Of a stretch of 64,000 nt of DNA, positions 1 through 10,744 are shown one piece after another (within the stretch, counting starts at the first letter, position 1; every line of letters begins with the position of its first letter). Made by a program: the position numbers and the translations under genes. The stretch is from an uncultured bacterium (GTDB taxonomy: Bacteria > Planctomycetota > UBA8742 > UBA2392). The DNA is taken from positions 94,578 through 158,577 of the forward strand of contig CALLQI010000004.1 in the NCBI GenBank assembly GCA_938014885.1, given 5' to 3'. The notes beneath the pieces are model-generated. The model was not told the origin of the DNA. It saw nothing but the letters and a program-made list of their open reading frames with translations, and made no database searches.

Positions 1-90
1 GTGGCGGCCGCGGTTGGAAAGGCGTCCGGCCAGCATCTTGAAGGGGATAGTGAGTTCGCGGTACGGCAGTTTCTTGCGCCAGCGTGCCAT
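1..90 (-). CDS. Hypothetical protein, N-terminal 30 codons only (gene runs off the window start)
   Basis: Reverse strand reads ATG GCA CGC TGG CGC AAG AAA CTG CCG TAC ... (MARWRKKLPYRELTIPFKMLAGRLSNRGRH) with GGAG 6 nt upstream of the ATG at 90..88. No recognisable family. Confidence 0.3.
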   Translation of the reverse strand, partial: MARWRKKLPYRELTIPFKMLAGRLSNRGRH

Positions 91-312
91 GGGCATCTCC
101 ATAACGACATGATATAGTCTATCACGCCGTTATCCAAACGAAATCCGGCATGAAGTGTACCAAGTGCCTGCACCGGCGAAGTACCCCCACCCTGGTATGT
201 GTGCTTGACGGGGTGCCTCGCGGCCTCAGAATCGCATTGCCGGAATTTTGGCACGCGCGGGATGCAACTTCGCGGGCCTTTATGGCGTATCATGTAGCAG
301 GAGGGTACACCC

Positions 313-744
313 ATGCGCCTGATGATGATGATGATGCTGCTGGCACTGATGACGGCCACACCGCTGGCCGCGCAGGACACCGGCGCGGGCCCGGCCGAAG
401 GCAAGACAGAAGAAAAGGAAGCCGAAAAGGAAGAAAAGCCCAAGATCACGGAGGCCGGCGCCAAGCTGCTGGAAGACGTGAACCTGGTGTACGACAAGTA
501 CTACGCGATCCTGCTGGACAAGACCAAGGCCGGCGAAAGCTACAGCTCAGATGAGGTTTGGGACACGGCGGTCAAGGAAGCGCGCAACGCGAAATACAAG
601 GACCGCAAAGAGTTCCACGCCGCGATCACGGCCATGCAGCGCACGGACCGCGTCTTCCGCAAAGAGATGCAGGCGGTCAGCACGGCCAAAGCCAAAGCCT
701 TCGCCGAAGCCGTCGAAAAGTGGGCTGAAGAGAAGCAGGAGTAA
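313..744 (+). CDS. Small secreted hypothetical protein (signal peptide MRLMMMMMLLALMTATPLAAQ, Lys/Glu-rich mature part)
   Basis: ATG preceded by AGGAGGG. Hydrophobic N-terminus with an AxA-like cleavage site. Followed by an intrinsic terminator. Confidence 0.5.
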   Translation: MRLMMMMMLLALMTATPLAAQDTGAGPAEGKTEEKEAEKEEKPKITEAGAKLLEDVNLVYDKYYAILLDKTKAGESYSSDEVWDTAVKEARNAKYKDRKEFHAAITAMQRTDRVFRKEMQAVSTAKAKAFAEAVEKWAEEKQE

Positions 745-758
745 GCGCCCCAACACAA

Positions 759-789
759 CAGCGCCCCCAACTCGGGGGCGCTGCTTTTT
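759..789 (+). terminator. Rho-independent terminator after the secreted-protein gene
   Basis: cagcgccccc / aactc / gggggcgctg forms a 10-bp GC stem followed by cTTTTT. It sits between convergent genes (313..744 on +, rho on -). Confidence 0.55.
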
Positions 790-833
790 CTGCACGGCAA
801 GGGCCCTGACCCCCAAGCCCGAATTCCCAATCC

Positions 834-2531
834 CTACCCCACATTCATGGACAGCAGGAACTCGGCGTTGTGCTGGGTCTTCTTCAGCTTTTCCTTCAAC
901 AGTTCCATGGCCTCAATCGGGTTCATGTCGTTGAGGATGCGGCGAAGCACCCACATGCGCTTTTGCTCGTCGGCTTCCAGCAGCAGCTCTTCCTTGCGCG
1001 TGCCGCTGCGGGTTACGTCGATGGCCGGGTACACGCGGCGGTCGGCGAGGCGGCGGTCCAGGTGCAGCTCGGCGTTGCCGGTGCCCTTGAACTCTTCGAA
1101 GATCACTTCGTCCATGCGGCTGCCGGTATCGATCAGCGCGGTGGCGATGATCGTCAGGCTGCCACCTTCTTCGATGTTACGCGCGGCACCAAAGAAGCGC
1201 TTGGGACGCTGCAGCGCGCTGGCATCGACGCCGCCGGTCAGGATCTTGCCGCTGTGCGGCTGTTCGGTGTTGTACGCGCGGCCAAGGCGGGTGATGCTGT
1301 CGAGCAGGATCACCACGTCAATCTTGTGCTCAACCAGGCGCTTGGCCTTGCCCAGCACCATTTCAGTCACCTGCACGTGGCGGCTGGCCGGTTCATCGAA
1401 TGTGCTGGCGATGACTTCGGCGTCGACGGTGCGCTCCATGTCGGTGACTTCTTCGGGGCGCTCGTCGATCAGCAGCACGATCACGTAGATGGCGGGGTGG
1501 TTCTGGCGGATCGCGTTGGCGATCTTCTGCAGGATCACAGTCTTGCCGGTGCGGGGCGGCGCGACAATCAGGCAGCGCTGTCCCATGCCGATCGGCGTCA
1601 CCAGGTCAATCACCCGCAGGTTCAGGTCGTTCTTACTTTCGAGGAAGATGCGCCGGTCAGGGTACAGCGGCGTCAGTTCATCGAATGGGACAACTTCAGA
1701 CAGCTTGTTCGGGTCTTCGCTGTTGACCTTTTCAACCTTCAGCAGCGCGAAGTAGCGTTCGTTGTCCTTGGGCGGGCGGATCTGGCCGCTGACCACGTGG
1801 CCGGATTTGAGGCCGAAGCGGCGGATCTGGCTGGGGCTGACGTAGATGTCGTCGGGGCTGGGCAGGTAGTTGTAATCAGGGCTGCGCAGGAAGCCGAAGC
1901 CTTCATTCAACACTTCCATCACGCCTTCGCCGAAGATCATGGCGCCGCGCTTCACGCGGTCTTTCAGCAGCTGGAAGATCAGGTCCTGCTTCTTCAGGCC
2001 GGACATGTCGAGCATGCCAAGCTGCCGCACATCGCGCTGCAAATGCTCCATCTTCATCTTCTGAAGGTCGTTCAGGTTGATGATGACGGGCGGTTCGCCG
2101 CTGGGTACCTGGGGCTGGACGTCCACGTTGGTGCCGTCGCCCAAATCCTGGTTCGGGGCCTCAACGCGCGCGGGCGGGGGTGGTGCCTGCGGCGGGGTAT
2201 CGCCGTTGTATGCCGGCGCTGCGGCCGGCTGCTCCGTGGCGATGGTGTTGCCGTTTTCGGTCGCGGCGTTTCCGTTGCCGGCCGCGTTGCCGTCGCGCTC
2301 ACGGGCGCGCATGGCGTCTTCGCGGGCCTGCTCGCGGGCTTCTTCACGTTCGCGCTGGGCTTCCATGCGGGCCATTTCGGCCTGCATGCTGGCGACTTCC
2401 GTGTGGATGTCGGTCAGCTTTTCCTTGCGGCTGCCGCCACCTCCGCCGCCTCCGCCGCGATTGCGACGTCCGCCTCCGCCACGCTGACGGCCACGACGTT
2501 TTTGGGTGTTGTTCTTTCCATCTCCGGTCAT
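834..2531 (-). CDS. rho: Transcription termination factor Rho with an RGG/Gly-rich N-terminal insertion
   Basis: Rho hallmarks read in translation: the RNA-binding OB region ...[11 protein letters not shown]..., Walker [16 protein letters not shown] and the C-terminal ATPase ending MNVG. The start is placed at ATG 2531 (GGAG upstream) rather than the ORF-track 2747, which would overlap coaE. The N-terminus contains [27 protein letters not shown]. Confidence 0.9.
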   Translation of the reverse strand: MTGDGKNNTQKRRGRQRGGGGRRNRGGGGGGGGSRKEKLTDIHTEVASMQAEMARMEAQREREEAREQAREDAMRARERDGNAAGNGNAATENGNTIATEQPAAAPAYNGDTPPQAPPPPARVEAPNQDLGDGTNVDVQPQVPSGEPPVIINLNDLQKMKMEHLQRDVRQLGMLDMSGLKKQDLIFQLLKDRVKRGAMIFGEGVMEVLNEGFGFLRSPDYNYLPSPDDIYVSPSQIRRFGLKSGHVVSGQIRPPKDNERYFALLKVEKVNSEDPNKLSEVVPFDELTPLYPDRRIFLESKNDLNLRVIDLVTPIGMGQRCLIVAPPRTGKTVILQKIANAIRQNHPAIYVIVLLIDERPEEVTDMERTVDAEVIASTFDEPASRHVQVTEMVLGKAKRLVEHKIDVVILLDSITRLGRAYNTEQPHSGKILTGGVDASALQRPKRFFGAARNIEEGGSLTIIATALIDTGSRMDEVIFEEFKGTGNAELHLDRRLADRRVYPAIDVTRSGTRKEELLLEADEQKRMWVLRRILNDMNPIEAMELLKEKLKKTQHNAEFLLSMNVG

Positions 2532-2664
2532 GATGACTCCTGTGTTCCGCGCCGCGTGAGGAACGCGGGGCGGTGCTGCGCGGGCCGGGCCGCCACTGAC
2601 GGGCGCACCCTGAAAGACCTGCGGCAGTACCGGGGTATCTGGTTGGGCCCCCGGCGGGCCTGGT

Positions 2665-3285
2665 TCACGGGCCTTTGCCCGACATGTCTCCGAAATACCT
2701 GCGCCAGATGATTTCCACCTGGGGTTCAAGATCCGCCACCGGGCCATTGTTATCGATAATGGCGTCGGCGCGGTTGCGCTTCACTTCAAGGTCAAGCTGA
2801 TGTGCCTGGCGGCGTTGCAACTCGCCTTCGGGCCATCCGCGTTTGCTGATCGCGCGGTCTTCGCGGATGTCTTCATCACAATCCACAAAGATCAGCGCCG
2901 TGTACTTTCCTTCATAGGCCCCGGACTCAAGCAGCAGGCTGATGTCCAGCACCACGGCCTTCGCATTCGGGTCCACGATGCCGGCGGCCAGCTTGGCTGC
3001 CGTGCGTTCGCGGATGCGCGGGTGCGTGATGCCGTTCAGCAGGGCGATCCGGCCTTCGTTGCCGAACACTGCCGCCGCCAGCTTGTCGCGCGCCACGTTG
3101 CCGTCCGCGTCGAAAATCTCGTTGCCAAAGGCCAGCCGCAGTTCGTTCTTCACGGCCGGGTCTTTCAGTACCGCGTGGCCTTCGAGGTCGGCGTCAATCA
3201 CCACGGCCCCGCGCCTGGCAAAACAGCGCGCCACTTCGGATTTGCCGGACGCCACGCCGCCGATCAGGGCAAACACGGGCTTCAC
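2665..3285 (-). CDS. coaE: Dephospho-CoA kinase
   Basis: P-loop IGGVASGKS at the N-terminus; length (206 aa) and overall similarity to CoaE. Confidence 0.85.
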   Translation of the reverse strand: MKPVFALIGGVASGKSEVARCFARRGAVVIDADLEGHAVLKDPAVKNELRLAFGNEIFDADGNVARDKLAAAVFGNEGRIALLNGITHPRIRERTAAKLAAGIVDPNAKAVVLDISLLLESGAYEGKYTALIFVDCDEDIREDRAISKRGWPEGELQRRQAHQLDLEVKRNRADAIIDNNGPVADLEPQVEIIWRRYFGDMSGKGP

Positions 3286-3343
3286 GGTCTGCCTCGGCTT
3301 GCTTCACGGCGTGCGGCCTGGCCTGCGATAGTTGCCTGGTGCG

Positions 3344-4621
3344 TCATTCAGAAGGCATCCAGCCTTCGAGTGGTTGCAGGTCCTGTTCGGCCGCGGTGCC
3401 GGTAGCGCCCTCAAGCAGCGCGATGGCCTTTTCGCGGGCGCCGCGGCGCGCATCGCCGTCGGTGACACCCCTGCTGATGATTTCGAACGTGAACAGTTCG
3501 GTGCCGAACGCGATCACGCCCAGTGCCTGCTGTTCTGCCGTGCTGTCGCGATAGTCAAAGCTGACGATCGACAACGCGGCCTTGTGAATTCGCCCTGCTT
3601 CAAAGCGCGCGCTGGGTACATCGCGCCGTCGTTTGAAGGTGGTGTCCGCCCGGATGCGCTGTTTGAGGCCTTGTTCACCGGCAGCGTCCAGCCTGCGCAG
3701 CAGCAGCCAAGGTGAAGCGCCCTCGCCATCAATCTGAACTGTGGAATCGCCCCCGATTTTGCGGGCGAGATATCCGTCTGTCAGTGGAAGATTGAGGGTG
3801 CCCCCGGGGAAATGCAGCGTCCCCCGCAGCAGCTCGTCCATCGAACTGGAACACTTATGCTTCGGGGAACCTTCCAGCGCAAGCTCCCGCTTGATGGAAA
3901 TAGAGTCAAGGACCTGTTTTGCGGCAGTCCTGAGCCGACTGGGGTCCCCGGCTTCAAGCACCTCAACGACAATGCGGTACTCGGCCTCACGCCCCGCGAC
4001 AGTTCGCTCTCCGTATGCGACGTGAGCGTGACCCTCAACGGGGGACATGACTATGGCGATGTCGTCACGAAACACGACTTCGCCCATGTCGAGCTTCTTG
4101 TCCCAAGGGCCGCCACTACCGTTGTCGAGGGCTTTGCCACTGTTGTTGTCCATGAATCTCCGCGCAATCTCGCCGACGACTGCACCCTTTGGCTTGTCTG
4201 CACGAGTTAGCGCCAAGCTGATGTTCTTGGTTCCCGGTAGGTCAATCGCCATCAACTCCGTGCCGTACCAGTCCACGGGCCAGAGCTTGCTGCCTTTCGG
4301 CAGGTTGAACTCAAGCAGCACGCGGTTGGTGGCGTCTTCTTTCGGGGCAAGGCGCAGGCGGCGCTTCTGGTCGCGGTCGAAGCCCTCAAAATACTCGGGG
4401 TACTCGCGCTGGTCGTTCTGCACGAAGCTGAGCCACTGAATCCCGGCCTGCTTGCCGATGTCCAGGAAGTCACTTTGGGCCTCGCGTTCGCGCCACTCAT
4501 CAGGCTTCTCGGCATCGTCAAGCTCTTCACGCGTCGGAGGTCGCTGCGTGCCACTGCACGAGGCCAACAGGCCGGCAATCAGCAAAGCAGCGACGGTGCG
4601 GATGGCGTGTGTGGAGCGCAT
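3344..4621 (-). CDS. Hypothetical lipoprotein (about 425 aa)
   Basis: An internal start at ATG 4621 gives MRSTHAIRTVAALLIAGLLASCSG, a lipobox LAS-C. No family recognised. Confidence 0.55.
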   Translation of the reverse strand: MRSTHAIRTVAALLIAGLLASCSGTQRPPTREELDDAEKPDEWREREAQSDFLDIGKQAGIQWLSFVQNDQREYPEYFEGFDRDQKRRLRLAPKEDATNRVLLEFNLPKGSKLWPVDWYGTELMAIDLPGTKNISLALTRADKPKGAVVGEIARRFMDNNSGKALDNGSGGPWDKKLDMGEVVFRDDIAIVMSPVEGHAHVAYGERTVAGREAEYRIVVEVLEAGDPSRLRTAAKQVLDSISIKRELALEGSPKHKCSSSMDELLRGTLHFPGGTLNLPLTDGYLARKIGGDSTVQIDGEGASPWLLLRRLDAAGEQGLKQRIRADTTFKRRRDVPSARFEAGRIHKAALSIVSFDYRDSTAEQQALGVIAFGTELFTFEIISRGVTDGDARRGAREKAIALLEGATGTAAEQDLQPLEGWMPSE

Positions 4622-4813
4622 GGGTGGTGTCTCGTGTTTCGGGGTGCGGCCTTCAAGCCCGCAGGGCCGACAAGCATCCAAGCTAGGAGGCCGAAAGGGA
4701 TCAGGCGTCACACAAGCAAGGCAGTCAAAGAAAGCCGTGTGGAACAGACAACTAAGCACAGCCTACCGAACCTCGAACCTCCAACCTCGAATCTCCAACC
4801 TCCAACCCCCGCC

Positions 4814-7588
4814 TCACTTCGCTTCCAGCCAGTTCTCGCCGATCCCTACATCCACGTCCAAGGGCACCTTCAACTTCATCGCGCCCGCCATTACTTCGCG
4901 CACGAACTCGGCGCACTGTTTCGCTTCCTGCACAGGGGCTTCGAACACCAGTTCGTCGTGGACTTGCAGCAGCATCCGGTAGGGCAGCTTCTTCTTCTCG
5001 ATCGCGCGGTGCGCGTCCAGCATCGCCTGCTTGATCAGGTCGGCCGCCGTGCCTTGCAGCACCGTGTTGAACGCCTGCCTTTCCGCCTGCTTCCTTACCA
5101 TTACGTTCTTGCTGGTGATGTCCGGCAGGAAACGTTTGCGGCCGGCCAGCGTTTGCACGTACCCCAACTTGCGACACTCTTCCAGCACTTCGTCGGTCAG
5201 CGCAGCCACACGGGGGTGACTGTGGAAGTAGTTGTCGATGAACTCTTTGGCCTCCGTACGGCCGATGCCGAGCCCCTGGCTTAACCCAAACGCGCTTTGG
5301 CCGTACAGCACCGCGTAATTCACGGTTTTGGCGGTGTTGCGCTGTTCGGCATTCACGGCTTTGGCGTCGATGTGAAAGATGGCGGCCGCGGTGGCTTTGT
5401 GAATGTCGATGCCTTCCTTGAACGCCGCGATCATGTGTTTTTCGTCGGCGATGTGGGCCAGAATGCGCAGCTCAATCTGGCTGTAGTCGGCGCTGATCAG
5501 CTTCATGCCCTTGGCAGCGACAAACGCGCGGCGGATTTTCTTGCCGGTTTCGGTGCGGACCGGAATGTTCTGTACGTTCGGGTCCTTGCTGCTGAGCCGG
5601 CCCGTAGCAACGGTCTGGCGATAGGTCGTGTGCACGCGGTCTTCAGCGTCGGCGAGATCGGGCAACTGGTCAACGTACGTGGACTTAAGCTTGGTCAGGT
5701 GCCGCCATTCCAGAATCTTCGCGGGCAGCGCGTGCAGCGGCGCCAGCGCCTCCATCGATGACTGGTCGGTGCTGCGGCCGGTGCCCTTGGCGGTCTTGCC
5801 TTGTTCGGGCAGTTTCAGCTCATCGTACAGCACGACGCCAAGCTGCTTGGGTGAGCCAAGCGTGAACTCATGCCCCGCGAGCTGATAGCACTCGCGCTCG
5901 AGGGCATGGATGTCCTTGTCGAAGTCGGCCGCCAGCTCGGCCAGGTAAGGTTTGTCGATGCGGATGCCGCGGTGCTCCATGTGCGCGAGCACTTCAATCA
6001 GCGGGAACTCAAGGTCGCGGGCCAGCCCGTCCAGTTCCAGTTCTTTGATTTTGGGGGCCAAGGCTTCGTTCACGCGCAAGGCATAGTCGGCGAACTGCGC
6101 GGCGTACTGGCACACGCGCGCGGGGTCCTGCTGCATCAGCGGCGCGCGGGTCTTGGGGTCGCCGAACAGGTTGTCCCACTCAATCGTGTCGATGCCCAAG
6201 AACTCGCGGCTGAGGCTCGCCAGCTTGGCGTCTTCGCGTGACGGGTCCAGCAGGAACGCCTGCAACTTGGTGTCGCTGGCCACGCCGCGCAGGTCATGTC
6301 CGGCAAGCAGCAGCGCGCGCTGGTCAGCCTTCAAATCGTGGCCGACCTTGGCCAGCGCGGCGTCCTCCAGCTTGGGTGCCAGCACCTTCCAGATGTCTGC
6401 AGGCTTCAGTTCACCGTTCAGCGGCAGGTACCAGGCCTTGCTGGGGGCAATCGCCACGGCCACACCGGCCAGCGGCCCGTAGTTTTCGGCGGCGCAGTGT
6501 ACGGCCCAAGTCTTGGCTTTTCCGGCTTCTTTGGCAAAGGCTTCCAGTGCAGCCGCGCTGTCCACCAGCGTGTACGCGGAATCGGTGGCCGTCAGCGTTT
6601 TCACCCGGGCAGCCGGCATGGCACCGAACAAATCCTGCTGCGCGCCGGTGCTGGCGGGTTTGGCCTGCTTGCCGCGTTTGCCACCCTTGGCTTCGGGCGC
6701 CGGTGCTGCCGGTGCTTCGGCATCGGCAGCTTCCCAGCCCAGGTCTTTGATCACGGACTTGAAATTCAGCTCGTTCAGCAAGGGTTGCAGGACGGCCTGA
6801 TCGGGCTCGCGCAGGCGGCAGGTTTCCTTATCGAGCTTCACCCCGGGCACGTCGGTCTTGATCGTGACCAGTTGCTTTGACAGTGCGGCCTCAGGCTTGA
6901 AGGCAATCAGGTTTTCGCGGCGCTTGGGCTGCTTGATGCTTTCGGCCTGTGCCAGCACTTCGTCGAGCGTGCCGAACTGCTGGATCAGCTCAGCGGCGGT
7001 CTTCATGCCGATGCCTTTGGCACCGGGGATGTTATCGACGCTGTCGCCGGCCAGTGCCTGCATGTCGATGAACTGTTCAGGCGTGACGCCGAATTCGGCC
7101 TTCAGCTCGTCCACCCCGTAAAGGCTGTCATCGTCGGCATTGACCATCTTGATGTGCGGCGCCAGCAGCTGCTTGAGGTCTTTGTCCTTGCTGACCAGCC
7201 GCACTTCGATGCCATGGGCGGCCGACTGCGTGGCCAGGGTGCCGATCACGTCGTCGGCCTCGAATCCGGGCACCATCTCAATGGGGACGTTGAAGCCGCG
7301 CACGACCTGCTCAATGATCGGGATCTGGTCGCGCAGGTCTTCGGGCATCTCGCTGCGGTTGGCCTTGTATTGCGGGAAAATCTTGTCGCGGAACGTGCCG
7401 CCTTTGGGGTCGAGCGTGCATACCAGGTAATCCGGTTTGTACTGCCGGATCAGCTTTTGCAGCATGCGCGTGAACAGGTACACCGCGCCCACGGGCTTGC
7501 CACGCACCGTGCGGCCGCGCGCGGCGGGGCTGAAATAGGCACGGAAGATCTGGCTGTGTCCGTCGATGATGTAAAGGGTTTCAGGCAC
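4814..7588 (-). CDS. polA: DNA polymerase I
   Basis: N-terminal 5-prime nuclease (MPETLYIIDGHSQIFRAYF), central 3-prime-5-prime exonuclease-like region, C-terminal family A polymerase motifs (DYSQIELR, QVHDELVFE). Ends with a TGA stop. Confidence 0.95.
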   Translation of the reverse strand: MPETLYIIDGHSQIFRAYFSPAARGRTVRGKPVGAVYLFTRMLQKLIRQYKPDYLVCTLDPKGGTFRDKIFPQYKANRSEMPEDLRDQIPIIEQVVRGFNVPIEMVPGFEADDVIGTLATQSAAHGIEVRLVSKDKDLKQLLAPHIKMVNADDDSLYGVDELKAEFGVTPEQFIDMQALAGDSVDNIPGAKGIGMKTAAELIQQFGTLDEVLAQAESIKQPKRRENLIAFKPEAALSKQLVTIKTDVPGVKLDKETCRLREPDQAVLQPLLNELNFKSVIKDLGWEAADAEAPAAPAPEAKGGKRGKQAKPASTGAQQDLFGAMPAARVKTLTATDSAYTLVDSAAALEAFAKEAGKAKTWAVHCAAENYGPLAGVAVAIAPSKAWYLPLNGELKPADIWKVLAPKLEDAALAKVGHDLKADQRALLLAGHDLRGVASDTKLQAFLLDPSREDAKLASLSREFLGIDTIEWDNLFGDPKTRAPLMQQDPARVCQYAAQFADYALRVNEALAPKIKELELDGLARDLEFPLIEVLAHMEHRGIRIDKPYLAELAADFDKDIHALERECYQLAGHEFTLGSPKQLGVVLYDELKLPEQGKTAKGTGRSTDQSSMEALAPLHALPAKILEWRHLTKLKSTYVDQLPDLADAEDRVHTTYRQTVATGRLSSKDPNVQNIPVRTETGKKIRRAFVAAKGMKLISADYSQIELRILAHIADEKHMIAAFKEGIDIHKATAAAIFHIDAKAVNAEQRNTAKTVNYAVLYGQSAFGLSQGLGIGRTEAKEFIDNYFHSHPRVAALTDEVLEECRKLGYVQTLAGRKRFLPDITSKNVMVRKQAERQAFNTVLQGTAADLIKQAMLDAHRAIEKKKLPYRMLLQVHDELVFEAPVQEAKQCAEFVREVMAGAMKLKVPLDVDVGIGENWLEAK

Positions 7589-7716
7589 GGTAGGCAGTTT
7601 CGTTGGGGTGGGGCGCAGGCGGATGGTAACGGGGGTGCAAACCCTCTGTCCACATCAACCACATTCCGCTAGTATCTTTCGCGTGTGGGGGGCGACCGCC
7701 TTTAGCGGAGCCCACA

Positions 7717-8670
7717 ATGATCGGAGTGCGCCAAAGTATGGGTCACAACAAGTATACCGGCGATCTGCGGCAGGTAACGCAGTATCAGGCCGGCAATGTG
7801 GAAATCAACATTGCCAAGCACAGCGGCTACTGCTGGGGCGTTGACCGCGCGTATGAGCAGACCGTGGCTACTGCCAAGACCAAGGACGGCCCGGTTTACA
7901 CCTTCGGTCCGCTGATCCACAACCCGCAGACGATTGATGAGCTGCGCCGCGATTACGAAGTTGACTATCTGGGCACCGTCGATGACGAGCGCGCCGCCCC
8001 CGGCAGCACAGTCATCATCCGCACCCACGGTGTGCCGCCGGAAGTGCAGGACCAGTTCAAGGCCAAGGGCGTGGACGTGATCGACGCCACCTGCCCGTAC
8101 GTGCGCGTGACGCAGAACTACGCGCAGCTTCTGCACAAGCAGAAGTACCACGTCGTGATCATCGGCGACCCCAAGCACCCTGAAGTGATCAGCATCCTGG
8201 CCTACGCCAAGGGTGAAGGCACCGTGATCAAGCACCTGGAAGACCTGGGCAAGATCCCGCGCAACAAACGCCGCCTGGGCATTGTGGTGCAAAGCACGCT
8301 GATCCTGAAGAAGGTAAACGAGATCGTGAATGAGCTGCTGGCGCGCGCGCAGGAAGTGCGCGTGTTCAACACCATCTGCTACGTCACGACCGAACGCCAG
8401 GAAGACGCCGAGACCATCGCCAAGCAGAACGACCACGTGATCGTGATCGGCGGCCACGAAAGCAGCAACACCAAGAAGCTGGCCATCGTCGCCGAAAGCT
8501 TTGGTGCCAAGGCCCAGCTGATTGAAAGCCCGGAACAGATCGACTTCGCCCAGCTCGCCAACGCCAAGCGCATCGGCATTCTCGCCGGTGCCAGCACCCC
8601 GAACTGGCTGATCGACCAGGCCCGCGACCTGCTGATCGAGCATTTCAGCGGCCAGCCCGTCAGCGCCTGA
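7717..8670 (+). CDS. ispH: 4-hydroxy-3-methylbut-2-enyl diphosphate reductase
   Basis: SGYCWGVDRA cluster-ligand motif, LytB/IspH length and conserved blocks (IIRTHGV, ATCPYV, HESSNT). Confidence 0.9.
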   Translation: MIGVRQSMGHNKYTGDLRQVTQYQAGNVEINIAKHSGYCWGVDRAYEQTVATAKTKDGPVYTFGPLIHNPQTIDELRRDYEVDYLGTVDDERAAPGSTVIIRTHGVPPEVQDQFKAKGVDVIDATCPYVRVTQNYAQLLHKQKYHVVIIGDPKHPEVISILAYAKGEGTVIKHLEDLGKIPRNKRRLGIVVQSTLILKKVNEIVNELLARAQEVRVFNTICYVTTERQEDAETIAKQNDHVIVIGGHESSNTKKLAIVAESFGAKAQLIESPEQIDFAQLANAKRIGILAGASTPNWLIDQARDLLIEHFSGQPVSA

Positions 8671-8692
8671 GCCTGAGTCCGCGCAAACCAAA

Positions 8693-8719
8693 GGCCCGTC
8701 CAAAGCGGACGGGCCTTTT
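8693..8719 (+). terminator. Rho-independent terminator after ispH
   Basis: ggcccgtcc / aaagc / ggacgggcc stem-loop followed by TTTT. Confidence 0.6.
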
Positions 8720-8798
8720 GCATGGCAGCGCTGGCTGCCTCGTGTTGTGCTGGTTGTCTCGCGCTGTCACACTGGCCGCTCACTTACCGGGAGAAACC

Positions 8799-9401
8799 AT
8801 GTCGCATCGCACACGCACCGTACTGCTGGCGGCATTCGTGCTGGCCCTGGTCGGGTTGATCCCGGCCTCATCACAAGACAAAGAACCGGAACCGGAGCCC
8901 GAAATGCCATCACTGCTGACACCGGCCCACAAGCTGCTTGCCAGCCTGGAAGGCAAATTCGACACAGCGTCGCGCATGTGGATGGCCCCGGGCGCTGAGC
9001 CTGTGGCAAGCACCGGGGCCGTGACCCGCGTGTCGGTGCTGGACGGCCTGTTCCTGCGCGAGAGTTACTCGGTTGATGAAGGCCAGTTTGCCCACAAGGG
9101 CGAAATCAACTGGGGCTACAACACCGCCACGGGCAAGGTCCAGTACGTGCAGCTGGTTTCCACTTCGCCTGCCATGAATGTGTACGAAGGCGATTGGGAC
9201 GAAAAGGCAAAAGCGTTCACCGTGCGCTCGGCCTACAAAATGACCTGGCAAGGCACTGAGTACGACGTGAAGACGCGCATCGTGCTGACGGTCGAAAGCG
9301 CCGATAAGCAGAAGCTCGAAATCTTCAGCGCCTACGAAACCAAAGAGACCAAGATTCCCGAGTACCTTGAAATCGAGGTCAGCTACACACGCAAGAAGTA
9401 G
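8799..9401 (+). CDS. Secreted hypothetical protein (about 200 aa)
   Basis: ATG 8799 preceded by GGGAG. Signal peptide MSHRTRTVLLAAFVLALVGLIPASS. The rest of ORF 8718..9401 upstream is a TTG-started extension. Confidence 0.5.
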   Translation: MSHRTRTVLLAAFVLALVGLIPASSQDKEPEPEPEMPSLLTPAHKLLASLEGKFDTASRMWMAPGAEPVASTGAVTRVSVLDGLFLRESYSVDEGQFAHKGEINWGYNTATGKVQYVQLVSTSPAMNVYEGDWDEKAKAFTVRSAYKMTWQGTEYDVKTRIVLTVESADKQKLEIFSAYETKETKIPEYLEIEVSYTRKK

Positions 9402-9448
9402 CCGAGTCTTGCCGGTTCCGAGAGCCTGTCTGGAAACCCAGGCAGGCT

Positions 9449-10744
9449 CTAAGCCGTGCTGGCCGCGGTCGCGAACACTTCTTCGATGCAATCGAGCGCG
9501 AAGTCCAGCTCGCTGGGCGTGGCCACAATCGGCGGCGTGAAGCGCAGCACCCAGTGGTGCGTGTCTTTCACGATCAGCCCTTGCTCCAGCAGCTTCTCTG
9601 CAAAATGGTGCCCGTCGGGGCCTTCGTGCGTCAGCTCAATCCCGAACATCAGCCCGCGGCCACGCACTTCCTTGATTCGCGGGGAATCGGCGGCGATGCG
9701 CTTCAGGCGCTCAAGCACGGCCACGCCTTTTTCGGCGGCCTGGCGAGGCAGGTCTTCATGCTCAATGGCGGTCAGTGCCGCCAGCGCCACGCAGCTTGAA
9801 ATCGGGCAGCCGCCAAAGGTGCTGCCGTGGCTGCCGGGCCCGAACAGGTCCATCAGCGCCGCGTCGGCAAGGATGCCGCCCACGGGCGCGAAGCCGCCGC
9901 TGACACTCTTGCCAAAGCACAGGATGTCCGGCCGCGCGGAAGCGCCCTCGTGCTCCCACGCGAACAACTTGCCGGTGCGGCCCCAGCCAGTCTGCACTTC
10001 GTCCAGGATCAGCAGGAAGTTGTGCCTGCGCGCCAGTGCCTTCAGCCCGCTGAGGTAGCCCTGCGCGGGGATGTGAATGCCGCCTTCGCCCTGGATTGGC
10101 TCAACCATCACGGCCACGGTGTCGGGCGTGATTGCCATTTCGATTGCGGCCAGGTCATTGAACGGCACGCGCGTGAAGCCCGGCACGAACGGCCCAAAGC
10201 CGTCGCGCGCCGCCGTCTCGTCCGCATCAAACATCTGTGTCACGGTCAGCGTGCGGCCGTGGAAGCAGTGTTCCGCAAACAGGATCTGCGGCGTGCCCTT
10301 CACGCCCTTGACCCGCGCGCCCCAGCGCCGGGCCAGCTTGATCGCGGCCTCAGGGCCTTCGACACCGCCGTTGGCCGGAAGTACGCGCTCGAAACCGGTC
10401 ATGGCGGTGATCTTGCGGCCAAACTGCGCCAGCCACGGGTCGGGCAGGAAGCGGCCAAGCACTGTGGGTGCGTCGCTGTCGAGGAAGGCCTTCAGGGTTT
10501 CGCGCACCAGCGGGTGCCCGTGGCCCAGGTTGGCAGCCGAGTAGGCGGCCACACCGTCAAAGATGCGGCGGCCGCTGCGTGTGAACAGCCAGGGGCCTTC
10601 ACCGCGTACGATGGGGTCCAGGGTCAGCAGGCCGTAGTTGCGGGCCACGGTGGCCTGCAGGGTCGAAATGGTGTCCTCGGCGCTGAGGGCAGCGGTGTCG
10701 GTGAGCAGGCGGTGGGCAAGTTCGCGGGCGGTGTGGTGTTCCAT
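9449..10744 (-). CDS. Class-III (PLP) aminotransferase, ornithine/acetylornithine aminotransferase family
   Basis: Conserved PLP-aminotransferase blocks: ILDEVQTGWGRTG, and FGK-S with the Schiff-base Lys; length about 430 aa. Confidence 0.8.
   Translation of the reverse strand: MEHHTARELAHRLLTDTAALSAEDTISTLQATVARNYGLLTLDPIVRGEGPWLFTRSGRRIFDGVAAYSAANLGHGHPLVRETLKAFLDSDAPTVLGRFLPDPWLAQFGRKITAMTGFERVLPANGGVEGPEAAIKLARRWGARVKGVKGTPQILFAEHCFHGRTLTVTQMFDADETAARDGFGPFVPGFTRVPFNDLAAIEMAITPDTVAVMVEPIQGEGGIHIPAQGYLSGLKALARRHNFLLILDEVQTGWGRTGKLFAWEHEGASARPDILCFGKSVSGGFAPVGGILADAALMDLFGPGSHGSTFGGCPISSCVALAALTAIEHEDLPRQAAEKGVAVLERLKRIAADSPRIKEVRGRGLMFGIELTHEGPDGHHFAEKLLEQGLIVKDTHHWVLRFTPPIVATPSELDFALDCIEEVFATAASTA

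Noticed and set aside
150-554. ORF 150..554 (+), Arg/Gly-rich 134 aa, overlapping the 313..744 gene in another frame
   Set aside because: Composition typical of off-frame translation of GC-rich DNA; no SD; the overlapping 313..744 frame has a signal peptide and a strong SD.
870-2711. 613-aa ORF on the + strand, antisense to rho
   Set aside because: Mirror ORF of a highly conserved gene; long antisense ORFs are expected in high-GC DNA; no recognisable protein features.
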